This document shows positions 48,450-60,115 of a stretch of 64,000 nt of DNA, one piece after another. Source of the stretch: Acidimicrobiales bacterium. Its GTDB lineage: Bacteria > Actinomycetota > Acidimicrobiia > Acidimicrobiales > JAUJNH01. The notes beneath the pieces were generated by a model. It had not been told where the DNA came from. It saw only the letters and a program-made list of their open reading frames with translations, and searched no databases. A program made the translations under genes and the position numbers. The stretch covers positions 1,221 through 65,220 of the forward strand of contig JBBSKY010000006.1 of NCBI GenBank assembly GCA_038255915.1. Reading direction: 5' to 3'. Positions within the stretch are counted from its first letter, which is position 1, and each line of letters opens with the position of its first letter.

Positions 48450-50126
48450 ATGCGGGAGGTGACGGCGGCGTCGGCGCCGGCGGTCGCCCCCCCACCAAAG
48501 GACCGGGCCCCACGCCCCGAGGGCACGGCTCGTCAGCCGCCGGAGGCGTCGGTCGAGGACCCCACGCCCCACCCCCCCACGAAGCCCTCGACCGGGCTCG
48601 CCGGCCTCCTTTGGATCGGCGTGCTCGGCGTCGCCGTGCGGGTCTGGCTGCTGGCCTCACCGCTCGGGTACCTCAACTCCGACGAGGCCCACACCTCGAT
48701 CCAGGCCCGCGAGCTGTTCCGGGGCCACGCCTGGATCCTGGTGCCGGGCACCCCCTACGGCGGCAACGTCGAGGCCTGGATCGACGCGCCGCTGGCCGCC
48801 CTGCTCGGCCTGTCCGCCACCCGCAACAAGGTCGAGGCGATCCTGCTCTGGCTGGTGGCCGGGCTGGTGCTGGCCCGGTCGGTGCGCCACCTCGGCCGGG
48901 GCCCGGTGGCCGCCGCCTTCGGCGTGGTGTGGCTCCCCTCGGCCGCCATCGTGCTGCTCAGCACCCTCGACTACCCCGGCTACGCCGTCGGGTTCCTCGC
49001 CACCTGCGGGGTGCTGGCCCTGGCCCGACCCCTCATCGACGATCCACCGCCGCCGGCCCAACCTGGAGGGGACCAGCTGGAGCTTCGGGCCCTGGCCTGG
49101 CGGGCCGCTGCCACCGGTGCCCTGGCCGGGCTGGCCGTGTGGCAGCACCCGCTCTACGGCTGGATCTGCGCCACCACGCTGGCCGCGGTGGCCTGGCGCC
49201 AGCGCCGCCTCGCCCGTTCGGTCCTCCTCCCGCTGGTCGCCGGCGGTGTGGTGGCCCTGGCCCCGGTCGTGGTCACCAACCTGCGCCACGACCTGGTGTC
49301 GCTGCGGTTCCGGAGCCCGGCCGCCATCGCCTACCCCGAGCGGGTCCGGGCCTGGGTCACCGACCTGTACCCCCGGTCGGTGGGTGCCAAGTGGCTGGAC
49401 CCCGGGTGGGTCCTCCGCGGCCCTAGCCAGGTGCTGGCCGTGCTGCTGCTCGCCACCCTCCTGGCCACCTGCGTCGCCGTTGTGCGATGGTCGCCCCCGT
49501 CGGGGAAGGTGGCGGCCGGAACGCTGGTCCTGGCCCCCTTCACCCTCACGCTGCTGGGCAACACCGCCTACACCCAGGACGCCCGCTACGCCGCCATGGT
49601 GCTGCCCGTCGCCGGCCTGGTGGTGGCCCACGGCGTCGCCCTCCTCCCCCCGGGCTGGCGCACCGGCCGCAGCATCGCCCTCGTGGCCACGGCCTGGGCC
49701 CTGCTGGCCGTGGCCCTGCCCCTCAGCCGCACCGACATGGCCGCCTTCGGTGACCGCACCGGCGAGGTCGACCAGCTGGTGGACTTCCTCGACGCCCGCC
49801 AGATCACCGCCGTCCGGGCCGACTACTGGGTGGCCTACCGGGTCGTGGTCGAGAGCGACGAGCGCATCGCCGCCAGCCCCCTCGACCCGATCAAGTTCGA
49901 CCGCTACGAGCAACGGGTGCGTCAGGCCGACACCGACGCCGGCGGCGCCGGTGTGCTCGTGCTCGACCGGGACCAGGCCGCCACCTACCCGGCCGCCGTC
50001 GCCAGGGGCGAGCTCCCGTACCGGTCCTTCCCGCAGTTCCAGGGCCACCAGCAGGTCGAGGTCTCCCGGTGGACGGTGTTCCTGCCGCCCGGCCCGCCGG
50101 CAGCCTCCACCACCGGCGGCGGCTGA
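48450..50126 (+). CDS. GT-C-like polytopic membrane glycosyltransferase (ArnT/PMT-like)
   Basis: Start is ATG 48450 or GTG 48429. First loop YLNSDEAHTSIQARELFRGH, at least 10 hydrophobic segments and a soluble C-terminal domain. Followed 2 nt later by a GT2 gene. Confidence 0.6.
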   Translation: MREVTAASAPAVAPPPKDRAPRPEGTARQPPEASVEDPTPHPPTKPSTGLAGLLWIGVLGVAVRVWLLASPLGYLNSDEAHTSIQARELFRGHAWILVPGTPYGGNVEAWIDAPLAALLGLSATRNKVEAILLWLVAGLVLARSVRHLGRGPVAAAFGVVWLPSAAIVLLSTLDYPGYAVGFLATCGVLALARPLIDDPPPPAQPGGDQLELRALAWRAAATGALAGLAVWQHPLYGWICATTLAAVAWRQRRLARSVLLPLVAGGVVALAPVVVTNLRHDLVSLRFRSPAAIAYPERVRAWVTDLYPRSVGAKWLDPGWVLRGPSQVLAVLLLATLLATCVAVVRWSPPSGKVAAGTLVLAPFTLTLLGNTAYTQDARYAAMVLPVAGLVVAHGVALLPPGWRTGRSIALVATAWALLAVALPLSRTDMAAFGDRTGEVDQLVDFLDARQITAVRADYWVAYRVVVESDERIAASPLDPIKFDRYEQRVRQADTDAGGAGVLVLDRDQAATYPAAVARGELPYRSFPQFQGHQQVEVSRWTVFLPPGPPAASTTGGG

Positions 50127-50128
50127 GG

Positions 50129-50923
50129 GTGTGGGAGGGCCAGACCATCTCGGTGGTGCTGCCCACCTACAACGAGGTGGGCAGCATCCGCTCGTGCATC
50201 GAGGCCTTCGAGGCACTCGGCATCGTGGACGAGGTCCTGGTGGTCAACAACAACGCGGCCGAGGGCACCCGCGAGGCCGTGGCCCCCACCGGGGCCCGTG
50301 AGGTCGACGAGCCGGTCCAGGGCTACGGCGCCGCCATCCGCCGGGGGCTGGCCGAGGCCCGTGGCGACCTGGTCGTCCTGTGCGAGCCCGACGGCACGTT
50401 CGACCCGAGCGACCTGCGCAAGCTGCTCCCGTTCACCGTCGACACCGACGTCGTGTGGGGCTCGCGCACCGTCCAGGTGTTCATCTGGGACGGAGCCAAC
50501 ATGGGCCTGTTCCTGCGGTGGGGCAACTGGGCCGTGGCCAAGCTCATCGAGGTGATCTTCGGCACCGCCTACCTGAGCGACGTGGGCTGCACCATGCGGG
50601 TCATGCACCGCCACGTGGTCGAGAGCCTCCTCCCCACCTTCCGCCTCACCGGCTCGGCCTTCGGCCTCGAGCTCCTCCTGCGCAGCATCGTCGCCCGCCA
50701 CCGCTTCGTGCAGGTCCCCGTGCGCTACAAGCAGCGGGTCGGCCACTCCTCGGTGACCGGCGACCGGTGGAAGGCGGTGGCGCTGGGCCTGGAGATGATC
50801 CGCCTCGTGCTGCGCTTCCGGTTCCGCCTGCGGTCGCTGGCGGCCCAGCCGCTGGCCCCCGACCGCGACGCCCGGGGCCTCCCCCGGGAGGGGCCTGACG
50901 CCCCCCTCAGCCCGACGGGCTGA
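50129..50923 (+). CDS. GT2 glycosyltransferase (polyprenyl-phosphate sugar synthase-like)
   Basis: GTG 50129. ISVVLPTYNE, VLVVNNNAAEGT, VLCEPDGTFDPSD and an amphipathic basic C-terminus. Confidence 0.8.
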   Translation: MWEGQTISVVLPTYNEVGSIRSCIEAFEALGIVDEVLVVNNNAAEGTREAVAPTGAREVDEPVQGYGAAIRRGLAEARGDLVVLCEPDGTFDPSDLRKLLPFTVDTDVVWGSRTVQVFIWDGANMGLFLRWGNWAVAKLIEVIFGTAYLSDVGCTMRVMHRHVVESLLPTFRLTGSAFGLELLLRSIVARHRFVQVPVRYKQRVGHSSVTGDRWKAVALGLEMIRLVLRFRFRLRSLAAQPLAPDRDARGLPREGPDAPLSPTG

Positions 50924-53285
50924 CCGGGTCCGGGAAGGGATCGCGCACCACGCCGTCGGCCAGCGCGTCGAGGGTCGGCAGCAGGGCACCGGCCAGGTGG
51001 GCGTAGGTCCAGCGGGCCGCGGTGGACCGGCCAGCGGCGGCGAGGGCGGCCCGGCGCCCGGGATCGGCCAGGAGGCGGCCGAGCACGTCGGCCAGCCCGA
51101 GGGCGCCGATGGAGGGGGGGACGCGGACGATGGCCTCGGCCGGCAGCTCGACTGCAGTGCTCACGCTGGTCAGGCAGGGCACCCCGGCGGCCAGCAGCTC
51201 GCGCACGGCACCCGAGCTCTCGCCCGAGGTGCCGCGGCGCAGCACCACCCCCACGCTGGCCCGACCCACCCACCGCCACCAGGTGGCGTCGTCCACCGGG
51301 CCCACCACCTCGACGGCGTCCTCGAGGCCACGCTCGCGGGCCAGCGCCAGGATCCACCGCCGCCGGCTCTCATGCGCCGGGCCGACGAAGGCGAGGCGGG
51401 CCGGCACCTCCTGGCGCAGCAGCGCCAACGCCTCGACCAGGGCGTCAGGGGCCTTCGACTCGTCGAGGTGGCCCGGGGCCAGGAGGAGCGGCGGGTCGTC
51501 CGGCTCGGGGGCGGCGAGGGTGGCCGGGTCGGGGTAGGCGAGCGGGAGGACGACCGTGGGCGGCACGGCCTGGCCGGGCTGCTGGTCGAGGGCCACCAGC
51601 CGGCGGGCCAGGTCGGAGGTGACGATGCAGCCGCGGGCCCAGCGCACCACCTGGCCCGTGAGGCCCACGCCCCCACGGCTCAGCACGCCCGGGTCGCGCC
51701 AGGTGGCCTCGTCCAGACGGAGGTGGCGTCCGGGGTGGAGCGCCTCCTCCCCCTCGGCCACCCACTCACCCGACAGTCCGAGGAGCCTGGCCCGCTCGGT
51801 GCGGATGGCCGGGAGGCGGGCCTCGTGCAGCCACACGATCCCGCCGTGGCGGCGCACGGCCTCGACCGTGGGCCAGTGGTGATCGGAGTTGCCCACCACC
51901 GACACCAGGTGGTCGAAGGACTCCGGGGCCAGGCTGCGGCCCAGCGCCCGCAGCGGCGCCACCCGCACCCCGGCGGGCACGTGGTGCAGGCGGCGGGCCT
52001 CGGGGTCCAGGGCGACGACCTCGGCGTGGCGGGCCAGCTCGGGCAGCAGGCGCCCCGCCACCACGGCGATGCCGGACGAGGACGGGGGCAGCGGCGTGGC
52101 CAGGGTGATGCGCCGGGTGCGAGGCGGCCGCCGCCGACGGACCGGATCGGCCGGCGCCGGCACCCGGGCCAGGGCGTCGAGCACCCGCTGGGCGGTGGCG
52201 TCCCAGGTGAACCGGGTGAGCCGCTCGGCCCCCCGGGCCCTGATGGCCGTCCGCAGGCCGTGGTCCACCAGGCCGGCGGTGATGCGCTCGGCCATCGCCG
52301 CAGGGTCATCAGGGTCGAAGGTGGAGGCAGGGAGGCCCAGGATCTCAGGCAGAGCGCTGCGGTCGGAGGTGAGGGCCGGGCAGCCGCAGGCCAGCGCCTC
52401 CAGGACGGGGAGGCCGAGGCCCTCATAGGACGAGGGGAACACGAACAGCGCCGCGTCTCGGTACAGCTCGCGCAGGGCCAGGTCGCTCACGTAGCCCGTG
52501 AGCACCACCTCGTCCTCGGCCAGGCCAGACCCGGCGGCCAGCACCCGCAGGTGGTTGAGGGCGGGGGGGCTCAGGTGGCAGGCCACCACCAGCTGGTGGG
52601 CGGCCCGCACCGGCTCGGGCACCAGGGCCCAGGCCCGGACCAGGCCGTCGAGGTTCTTGCGCCCGTCGCCGCCGCCCACGCTGAGGACCGGGCGGCGGAC
52701 GAGCCCCGGCACCAGGGCGTGGGCCTGGCTGGCCTCGGAGGCCGGGCGGGGGGTGAAGAACGAGCTGACCCCGCCCAGCACCGACACCACCCGCCCCCCG
52801 GCCAGGCCGAGGTGGTCGAGGGCGTCGCGCCGGCTGTTCTCCGAGATGGCCAGCACGAGGTCGGCCTGGCGGTACAGCTCGAGGCGCTGGCGGTAGCGGG
52901 CCCACACCCCACCGGTGAAGTAGCGCTCGCGCAGCACCAGGGGGATCAGGTCGAACAGCACCGCCACGACGTGGGCGCCGCAGGCCCGGACGTGCGGCGG
53001 CAGCACCGAGTCGGGCGGCACCTCCTCCATGGGCGACAGGATGAGGTGGGCCACCTCGCCCTCGAGGCGGTCGTAGGCCCGGGGCGACGCCCACCCGAGG
53101 CCAGGGTGGGCCAGGAGCTCGGGTGGCAGGGAGCGGGGGAACGGCAGCGACGGGTTGAGGGTGAGCAGCGCCACCTCCGCGCCGCCCCGGTGCAGGGCGG
53201 TGGCCAGCTCGACGGCGTAGCGGGCGATGCCCCGGTCGGCGTGGGCCGCCGACTGGGTGCACTGCAGGTCGAGGACGAGCCGCAT
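50907..53285 (-). CDS. Tandem double-GT4 glycosyltransferase (paralogue of 45177-47516)
   Basis: ATG 53285 (MRLVLDLQCTQSAAHADRGIARY). YEGLGLPVLEALACGCPALTS. The second half has TSGESSGAVRELLAAGVPCLTS. The 236 upstream codons of the track ORF are R/P-rich and overlap the next gene. Confidence 0.8.
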   Translation of the reverse strand: MRLVLDLQCTQSAAHADRGIARYAVELATALHRGGAEVALLTLNPSLPFPRSLPPELLAHPGLGWASPRAYDRLEGEVAHLILSPMEEVPPDSVLPPHVRACGAHVVAVLFDLIPLVLRERYFTGGVWARYRQRLELYRQADLVLAISENSRRDALDHLGLAGGRVVSVLGGVSSFFTPRPASEASQAHALVPGLVRRPVLSVGGGDGRKNLDGLVRAWALVPEPVRAAHQLVVACHLSPPALNHLRVLAAGSGLAEDEVVLTGYVSDLALRELYRDAALFVFPSSYEGLGLPVLEALACGCPALTSDRSALPEILGLPASTFDPDDPAAMAERITAGLVDHGLRTAIRARGAERLTRFTWDATAQRVLDALARVPAPADPVRRRRPPRTRRITLATPLPPSSSGIAVVAGRLLPELARHAEVVALDPEARRLHHVPAGVRVAPLRALGRSLAPESFDHLVSVVGNSDHHWPTVEAVRRHGGIVWLHEARLPAIRTERARLLGLSGEWVAEGEEALHPGRHLRLDEATWRDPGVLSRGGVGLTGQVVRWARGCIVTSDLARRLVALDQQPGQAVPPTVVLPLAYPDPATLAAPEPDDPPLLLAPGHLDESKAPDALVEALALLRQEVPARLAFVGPAHESRRRWILALARERGLEDAVEVVGPVDDATWWRWVGRASVGVVLRRGTSGESSGAVRELLAAGVPCLTSVSTAVELPAEAIVRVPPSIGALGLADVLGRLLADPGRRAALAAAGRSTAARWTYAHLAGALLPTLDALADGVVRDPFPDPVSPSG

Positions 53286-53296
53286 CAGGGCCCGGC

Positions 53297-54391
53297 TCAG
53301 GCCGGGCGGGCCCGCAGCAGCACCACGCCGGGGACCTCGGCGTCGACCAGGTCGACGGCTGGGCACGGCACCCAGGTGACGGCGTCCTGCGGGCGGCAGA
53401 AGCTGAGGTCGTCGAGGGCCCAGCCCTCGAGCAACCGCTCCAGCCCGGCGGCGTCGTAGACCCGCTGGAGCTCGTCGATCGACGCCCGGCCGTACGGCGC
53501 GGTCAGCACCAGCAGCCCGTCGGGGGCCAGCCAGCCCTTCAGCTGGGTGAGGGCATCGCGGTCGGCGTCGGGCCGGCCGCCGTCGAGCGCGTAGGACCCG
53601 AGGCCCAGGTGCTCGATGGTGGACAGCGAGATGACGGCGCCGAGCGGCTCTGAGGGGCCCTCCCAGTCGTGGACCCCGAGGGTGACCACCTCGAGGTTGG
53701 GGTGGCTGAAGGGGTAGCCACGGGGCTCGACGGCGTAGGTGGGGCGACCGGAGCTGGCCAGGGAGAGCGACAGCGTGCTCTCTGCGGCCCCGAGGTCGAG
53801 GACCGGCCGGTCCGGGCTGACCGTGGCCAGGGCGGCGTAGACGTAGGGCAGCTCGACGATCCGCTCGTTCACCGCGCCCACCTCGGCGCCGCCGGCGAAG
53901 AGCCGGACGACCACGGGGTGGTTCACCCACAGGCCCACCTCGGACGGGGGGCTGCGGTGGGAGCCGAGCCAGTTCGCCAGGTCGGCCAGCCACGGCTCGA
54001 GCTCGGCCAGCGGGGTCCGCTCCAGCTGCCGCTCGATCGCCGCTCCGAGGTGGGGCTCGGCCCGCAGGTGGGCGATGGCCCGCTCGGCGCTGGTCACGTC
54101 GACCTGCTGCACGAGGCGGACCTCGAGGCGCTCGGCCACCTGCTGGAGGAACACGGTGGCCTCGGCCAGCGACACGACCGTCGGCTCGATCTGCTCCACC
54201 GACTCGTGGAGGGCGGCCCGGTGGTCGTCGAGCGCCTCGACGACCCCGCCCACCACTCCGGCGGCCACGTCATTCGGCAGGTCCCGCCGCAGGTCGGCGC
54301 CCACGTTGGTGACGTGGGTGAACAGGTCGCCGAAGCGCTTGTCGACAAAGGCGGTGAGCGGCCGGGCCGCCGCCTTCAGGGGGTCAGCCAT
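53297..54391 (-). CDS. Long helical N-terminal domain fused to a class I methyltransferase-like domain
   Basis: 364 aa. An N-terminal helical region of about 150 aa, then NERIVELPYVYAAL, VLDLGAAESTLS (motif I-like), VISLSTIEHLG and LAPDGLLVLTAPYG. Confidence 0.6.
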   Translation of the reverse strand: MADPLKAAARPLTAFVDKRFGDLFTHVTNVGADLRRDLPNDVAAGVVGGVVEALDDHRAALHESVEQIEPTVVSLAEATVFLQQVAERLEVRLVQQVDVTSAERAIAHLRAEPHLGAAIERQLERTPLAELEPWLADLANWLGSHRSPPSEVGLWVNHPVVVRLFAGGAEVGAVNERIVELPYVYAALATVSPDRPVLDLGAAESTLSLSLASSGRPTYAVEPRGYPFSHPNLEVVTLGVHDWEGPSEPLGAVISLSTIEHLGLGSYALDGGRPDADRDALTQLKGWLAPDGLLVLTAPYGRASIDELQRVYDAAGLERLLEGWALDDLSFCRPQDAVTWVPCPAVDLVDAEVPGVVLLRARPA

Positions 54392-54464
54392 GGAGCGGCG
54401 CAGCCGGGGTCACAGCTGCGAAACCCTAGCCATCGGCCACGAGGCGACCAGGTCTCGGAACTAG

Positions 54465-56418
<1,954 letters not shown>

Positions 56419-56431
<13 letters not shown>

Positions 56432-57123
56432 GCATCGAGGGGGTCGAGGGGATCGGCGAGGTGCGCCCCGGCGACGTCCTGGCCCAGCTCATCAGGGTCG
56501 CGGCGGGCGACCGGCTCCGGGCCGGCGACGTCGTGGTGGTCACCCAGAAGGTGGTGAGCAAGGCCGAGGGGCGCCTGGCGGCCGTCGACCCTGACGACCC
56601 GAGGGGCCACCAGCCGCTGGTCGAGGCCGAGGCCGTGCGGGTGCTGCGCCGCCGGGGCGACCTGACCATGACCGAGACCCGGCACGGCTTCGTGTGCGCC
56701 AACTCGGGGGTGGACCTGTCGAACGTCGAGCGGGGTTGGGCCGCCCTGCTGCCGGTCGACCCCGACCGGTCGGCCCGCCGCATCCGCGACGGCCTGCGGG
56801 CCCGCCTCGGCCTCGAGGTCGCCGTGGTGGTGAGCGACACCTTCGGCCGGGCGTGGAGGCGAGGGGCCACCGACGTCGCCATCGGCATCGCCGGGCTGGC
56901 CGGCGTGGTCGACCTCCGGGGCACCTCCGACGCCCTCGGCCGTCCACTCCAGGTCACCGAGGTGTGCATCGCCGACGAGGTCGCCGCCGCCGCCGAGCTG
57001 GTGATGGGCAAGGCCCGTTCGGTGCCGGTCGCCATCGTCCGCGGGCTCGACCCGGCGTTCCTGCGGGAGGGCTCGGTCCACGACGAGGTCGTCCGGCCCC
57101 ACGCCGAGGACCTCTTCCGCTGA
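56419..57123 (+). CDS. cofE: Coenzyme F420:L-glutamate ligase, single-domain form
   Basis: 234 aa. VVVVTQKVVSKAEGR, THGFVCANSGVDLSN, VVVSDTFGRAWRRG and ADEVAAAAELVMGK. No C-terminal nitroreductase-like domain follows. Confidence 0.85.
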
Positions 57124-57258
57124 CACCGCTGGGCAACGGGTGTCGCGGGCGTGAACGCCGCCTGACCGCCCGGCCGTCAAGGCGGCGTGTAGCCTGACGG
57201 CCAAAGCGGCGGCGGGAGCGGCCCGTCCAGCTGTGGACGACCCGCTGGAGGACCAGCT

Positions 57259-60054
57259 ATGAAGACCACTCGGACCATTCGCATCGTGCTGGCCGTGCTG
57301 GCCGTGACCTTCGCCATCGGTGCCTCGACGTCCGCCGAGGCGGAAGACGCCGGCCCCTCCTGGCTGAGGGGGGGCAAGGCCGACGGCCTCGCTACCTCCT
57401 CGCTGGCCAAGGCGGCGGCCGGCGAGCCCCAGAGTCCTCGCAGCGACGTGAAGGTCGAGGGCGGCAAGGCCCAGGTCGAGCTGTCCGGCACCGACCCGAC
57501 CGCCCTGGCCGCTGCAGTCGAGGCCACGGGCGGCACCGTCGACGTGGCCACACCGGGCAGGGTGCGGGCCACCGTTCCCACCGACGAGCTCACCGACCTC
57601 GCCAACGACCCAGCTGTCGGGCGGGTGGCGCCGGTGCGCCGCTACTCGCCGGCTGTCAACTCCGAGGGTGTGGCCGCCATCGAGGCGGATGACTGGATCG
57701 GCGGCGGCAGGACCGGAGCTGGCGTGAAGGTGGCCGTCGTCGACCTGGGCTTCAAGGGCTACGAGACCCGTCTGGCCACCGAGCTGCCCGGCACCGTGGT
57801 CGTCCCGAACAACCTCGGCACCTGCAACCAGGCGGCCATCAACGGAGCCAACGCCGATGACCACGGTACGGCGGTCGCCGAGATCGTGCGCGACGTCGCT
57901 CCCAACGCCGAGCTCTACCTCATCTGCGTCACCGGCGTCGGCGACCTGATCCCGGTCAAGCAGTACCTCAAGGACCAGAACATCAACATCGCCAACATCT
58001 CCCTGGTCAACTTCTTCGCCCGGGGCGACGGGCAGGGCCCGGACAACAGCGACGCCGGCGCCGTGCGCAGGAGCCGGGTCGAGGACGGTGTGCTGTGGGT
58101 GGCCGCCGCCGGCAACCACGGCGACAAGCACTACAACTTCCAGACCTCGGGTCGCCAGGGCCGCTACTGCGGGGGCACCGCCACCGACCTGGCCAACAGC
58201 GTCCAGGTGATCGACAACGACCAGTTCTTCCGGGTCACCGTGCCCGCCGGCAAGGCCTTCGCCGCCACCCTGCGCTGGGATGCGTGGCCGGTGACGTCTG
58301 AGGACTTCGACCTGTTCCTGGTCGACGCCCCGAACCTCACCAGCGCCACCGTTCTGGCCCAGTCCGTCCTGGCCCAGGACGGCGACGCCGCCTCGGAGCC
58401 CCTCGAGGGCATCTTCTACGAGAACACCACGAACAACGCCAAGACCACCTACGTGGCCATCGCCCGGTGCACCGGCGGGGCCAACCCCCGCTTCGACCTG
58501 TTCTTCGACAAGGATCCCGAGGTGGGCCTGGAGCGGTCCAACGCCTCCGGGAGCGTCGCCGAGCCCGCCACCTCGCCCTACGCCATGGCCGTCGGCGCCT
58601 CCTGCTTCTCGCAGCAGACGATCCAGCCCTACAGCAGCCAGGGCCCGACCATCGACGGCCGGGTCAAGCCCGACATCACCGGCCCTGACGCAAATGCGAC
58701 CGCCACCTTCGGTGCTTCAGGCGGCTGCACCAACGGGTTCAACGGCACGTCGGCGGCCAGCCCGCACCTCGCCGGTGCCGCCGCCCTCCTCCTCGGCTCC
58801 ACCCCCAGCCTGGACCCGGCCCAGCTGCAGACCCAGCTGGAGAGCCGGACTGACGAGCGTGGCCCCCAGGGCCACGACAACGTCTTCGGCGCCGGTTTCC
58901 TGAAGCTCGGCCCTGTCAACACCCCGACGCCGCCCGCGGGGCAGGACTTCACCCCGGCCGCGACCCCGACCCGGATCCTCGACACCCGGGGCGCCATCGG
59001 CGGTCACAACGGGAAGCTGAATGCCAACGAGACGTTCGACCTCACCATCCCCGGCCCCGTGCCCTCTGACGCCACCGCCGTGGTGCTCAACGTGACCGTG
59101 GCCGAGCCCGAGGGCCCGCCTGCGGGCCTGGCCGAGGGCTTCGCCACCGTCTTCCCGACGGGGGCGGCGCAGCCCAACTCCAGCAACCTGAACTTCAAGC
59201 CCGGAGCGCTTCCCTCCAACCAGGTGGTGGCGGCCATCGGCACCGGCGACAGGGTCAGCTTCTTCACCACCAACAAGGCCCACTTCGTCGTCGACGTCAA
59301 CGGCTGGTTCAACCCGTCGTCGACCGGCGGCTTCACCGGCATCACCCCGGCCCGGGCCCTCGACACCCGAGGCGGCAGCGGCCTGGCCGCCGGCACCGAG
59401 CGGGAGGTCATCCTGGCCGGTCCCCTCGGCGTCCCCGGCGACGCCACGGCCGTGGCCCTCAACGTCACCGCGGTGAACCCCACCGGCTTCGGGTTCGTCA
59501 CCGTCTACCCGACATCGGCCACCAGCCCGGCCGACCGGCCCACCGCCGCCAACCTCACCTACAGCACCGCCCAGACCGTCCCGAACGCGGTGACGGCCAA
59601 GATCGGTGACCTCGGGAAGGTCCGGTTCTTCTCGAGCGTGGCCACCGACCTGCTCATCGACGTCGTCGGCTACTACAAGGCGGGCTCCGGGGCCTCCTAT
59701 GTGGCCCTCCCCGCCCCCCGTCGTGACCTCGACACCCGCACCGGGAACGGCCTGCGGCCCGGTCTGGTGGGCACGGGCCCCTTCAACGTCCAGGTCGGCT
59801 TCCTTGACGGCCTCCCCGGCAACGCCGTCGCCGCCCAGCTGAACGTGACCGTCAACCAGCCCACCGGCGGCTTCGTCACCGTCTACCCGTCGGGTCAGGT
59901 CCAGCCCAACACCTCCAGCCTGAACTTCACCGAGGGTCAGACCATCCCCAACTCGGTGCTGACAAAGCTCGGCGATGGCGGCAGGATCACCCTGCGCAAC
60001 GCCCAGGGCACCGCCCAACTCATCTCTGACGTGAGCGGCTACTACGTGCCGTAG
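57259..60054 (+). CDS. Secreted S8 (subtilisin-family) serine peptidase fused to three copies of the unassigned ~125-aa module
   Basis: GGAGGA Shine-Dalgarno sequence. Signal peptide IVLAVLAVTFAIGASTSAEA. Catalytic D (VAVVDLGF), H (DDHGTAVAE) and S (GTSAASPHLAGAAALL). Module copies begin at FTPAATPTRILDTR, FTGITPARALDTR and YVALPAPRRDLDTR. Confidence 0.85.
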   Translation: MKTTRTIRIVLAVLAVTFAIGASTSAEAEDAGPSWLRGGKADGLATSSLAKAAAGEPQSPRSDVKVEGGKAQVELSGTDPTALAAAVEATGGTVDVATPGRVRATVPTDELTDLANDPAVGRVAPVRRYSPAVNSEGVAAIEADDWIGGGRTGAGVKVAVVDLGFKGYETRLATELPGTVVVPNNLGTCNQAAINGANADDHGTAVAEIVRDVAPNAELYLICVTGVGDLIPVKQYLKDQNINIANISLVNFFARGDGQGPDNSDAGAVRRSRVEDGVLWVAAAGNHGDKHYNFQTSGRQGRYCGGTATDLANSVQVIDNDQFFRVTVPAGKAFAATLRWDAWPVTSEDFDLFLVDAPNLTSATVLAQSVLAQDGDAASEPLEGIFYENTTNNAKTTYVAIARCTGGANPRFDLFFDKDPEVGLERSNASGSVAEPATSPYAMAVGASCFSQQTIQPYSSQGPTIDGRVKPDITGPDANATATFGASGGCTNGFNGTSAASPHLAGAAALLLGSTPSLDPAQLQTQLESRTDERGPQGHDNVFGAGFLKLGPVNTPTPPAGQDFTPAATPTRILDTRGAIGGHNGKLNANETFDLTIPGPVPSDATAVVLNVTVAEPEGPPAGLAEGFATVFPTGAAQPNSSNLNFKPGALPSNQVVAAIGTGDRVSFFTTNKAHFVVDVNGWFNPSSTGGFTGITPARALDTRGGSGLAAGTEREVILAGPLGVPGDATAVALNVTAVNPTGFGFVTVYPTSATSPADRPTAANLTYSTAQTVPNAVTAKIGDLGKVRFFSSVATDLLIDVVGYYKAGSGASYVALPAPRRDLDTRTGNGLRPGLVGTGPFNVQVGFLDGLPGNAVAAQLNVTVNQPTGGFVTVYPSGQVQPNTSSLNFTEGQTIPNSVLTKLGDGGRITLRNAQGTAQLISDVSGYYVP

Positions 60055-60077
60055 CTGACCTCCGGTCGCAGACAGCC

Positions 60078-60103
60078 AGAAGCCCCCCTCACGGGGGGCT
60101 TCT
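60078..60103. terminator. 11-bp stem / 4-nt loop hairpin between convergent genes (likely bidirectional terminator)
   Basis: agaagcccccc-tcac-ggggggcttct, located 24 nt after the S8 stop and 13 nt before the manC stop. Confidence 0.6.
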
Positions 60104-60115
60104 GCGCGTCCGGCT

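Noticed and set aside
57122-57144. Hairpin gacacc...ggtgtc after cofE as a terminator.
   Set aside because: It has only a 6-bp stem, an 11-nt loop, a bulge and no U-tract. That is too weak to call. The two hairpins at 45111-45143 and 60078-60103 are far stronger.
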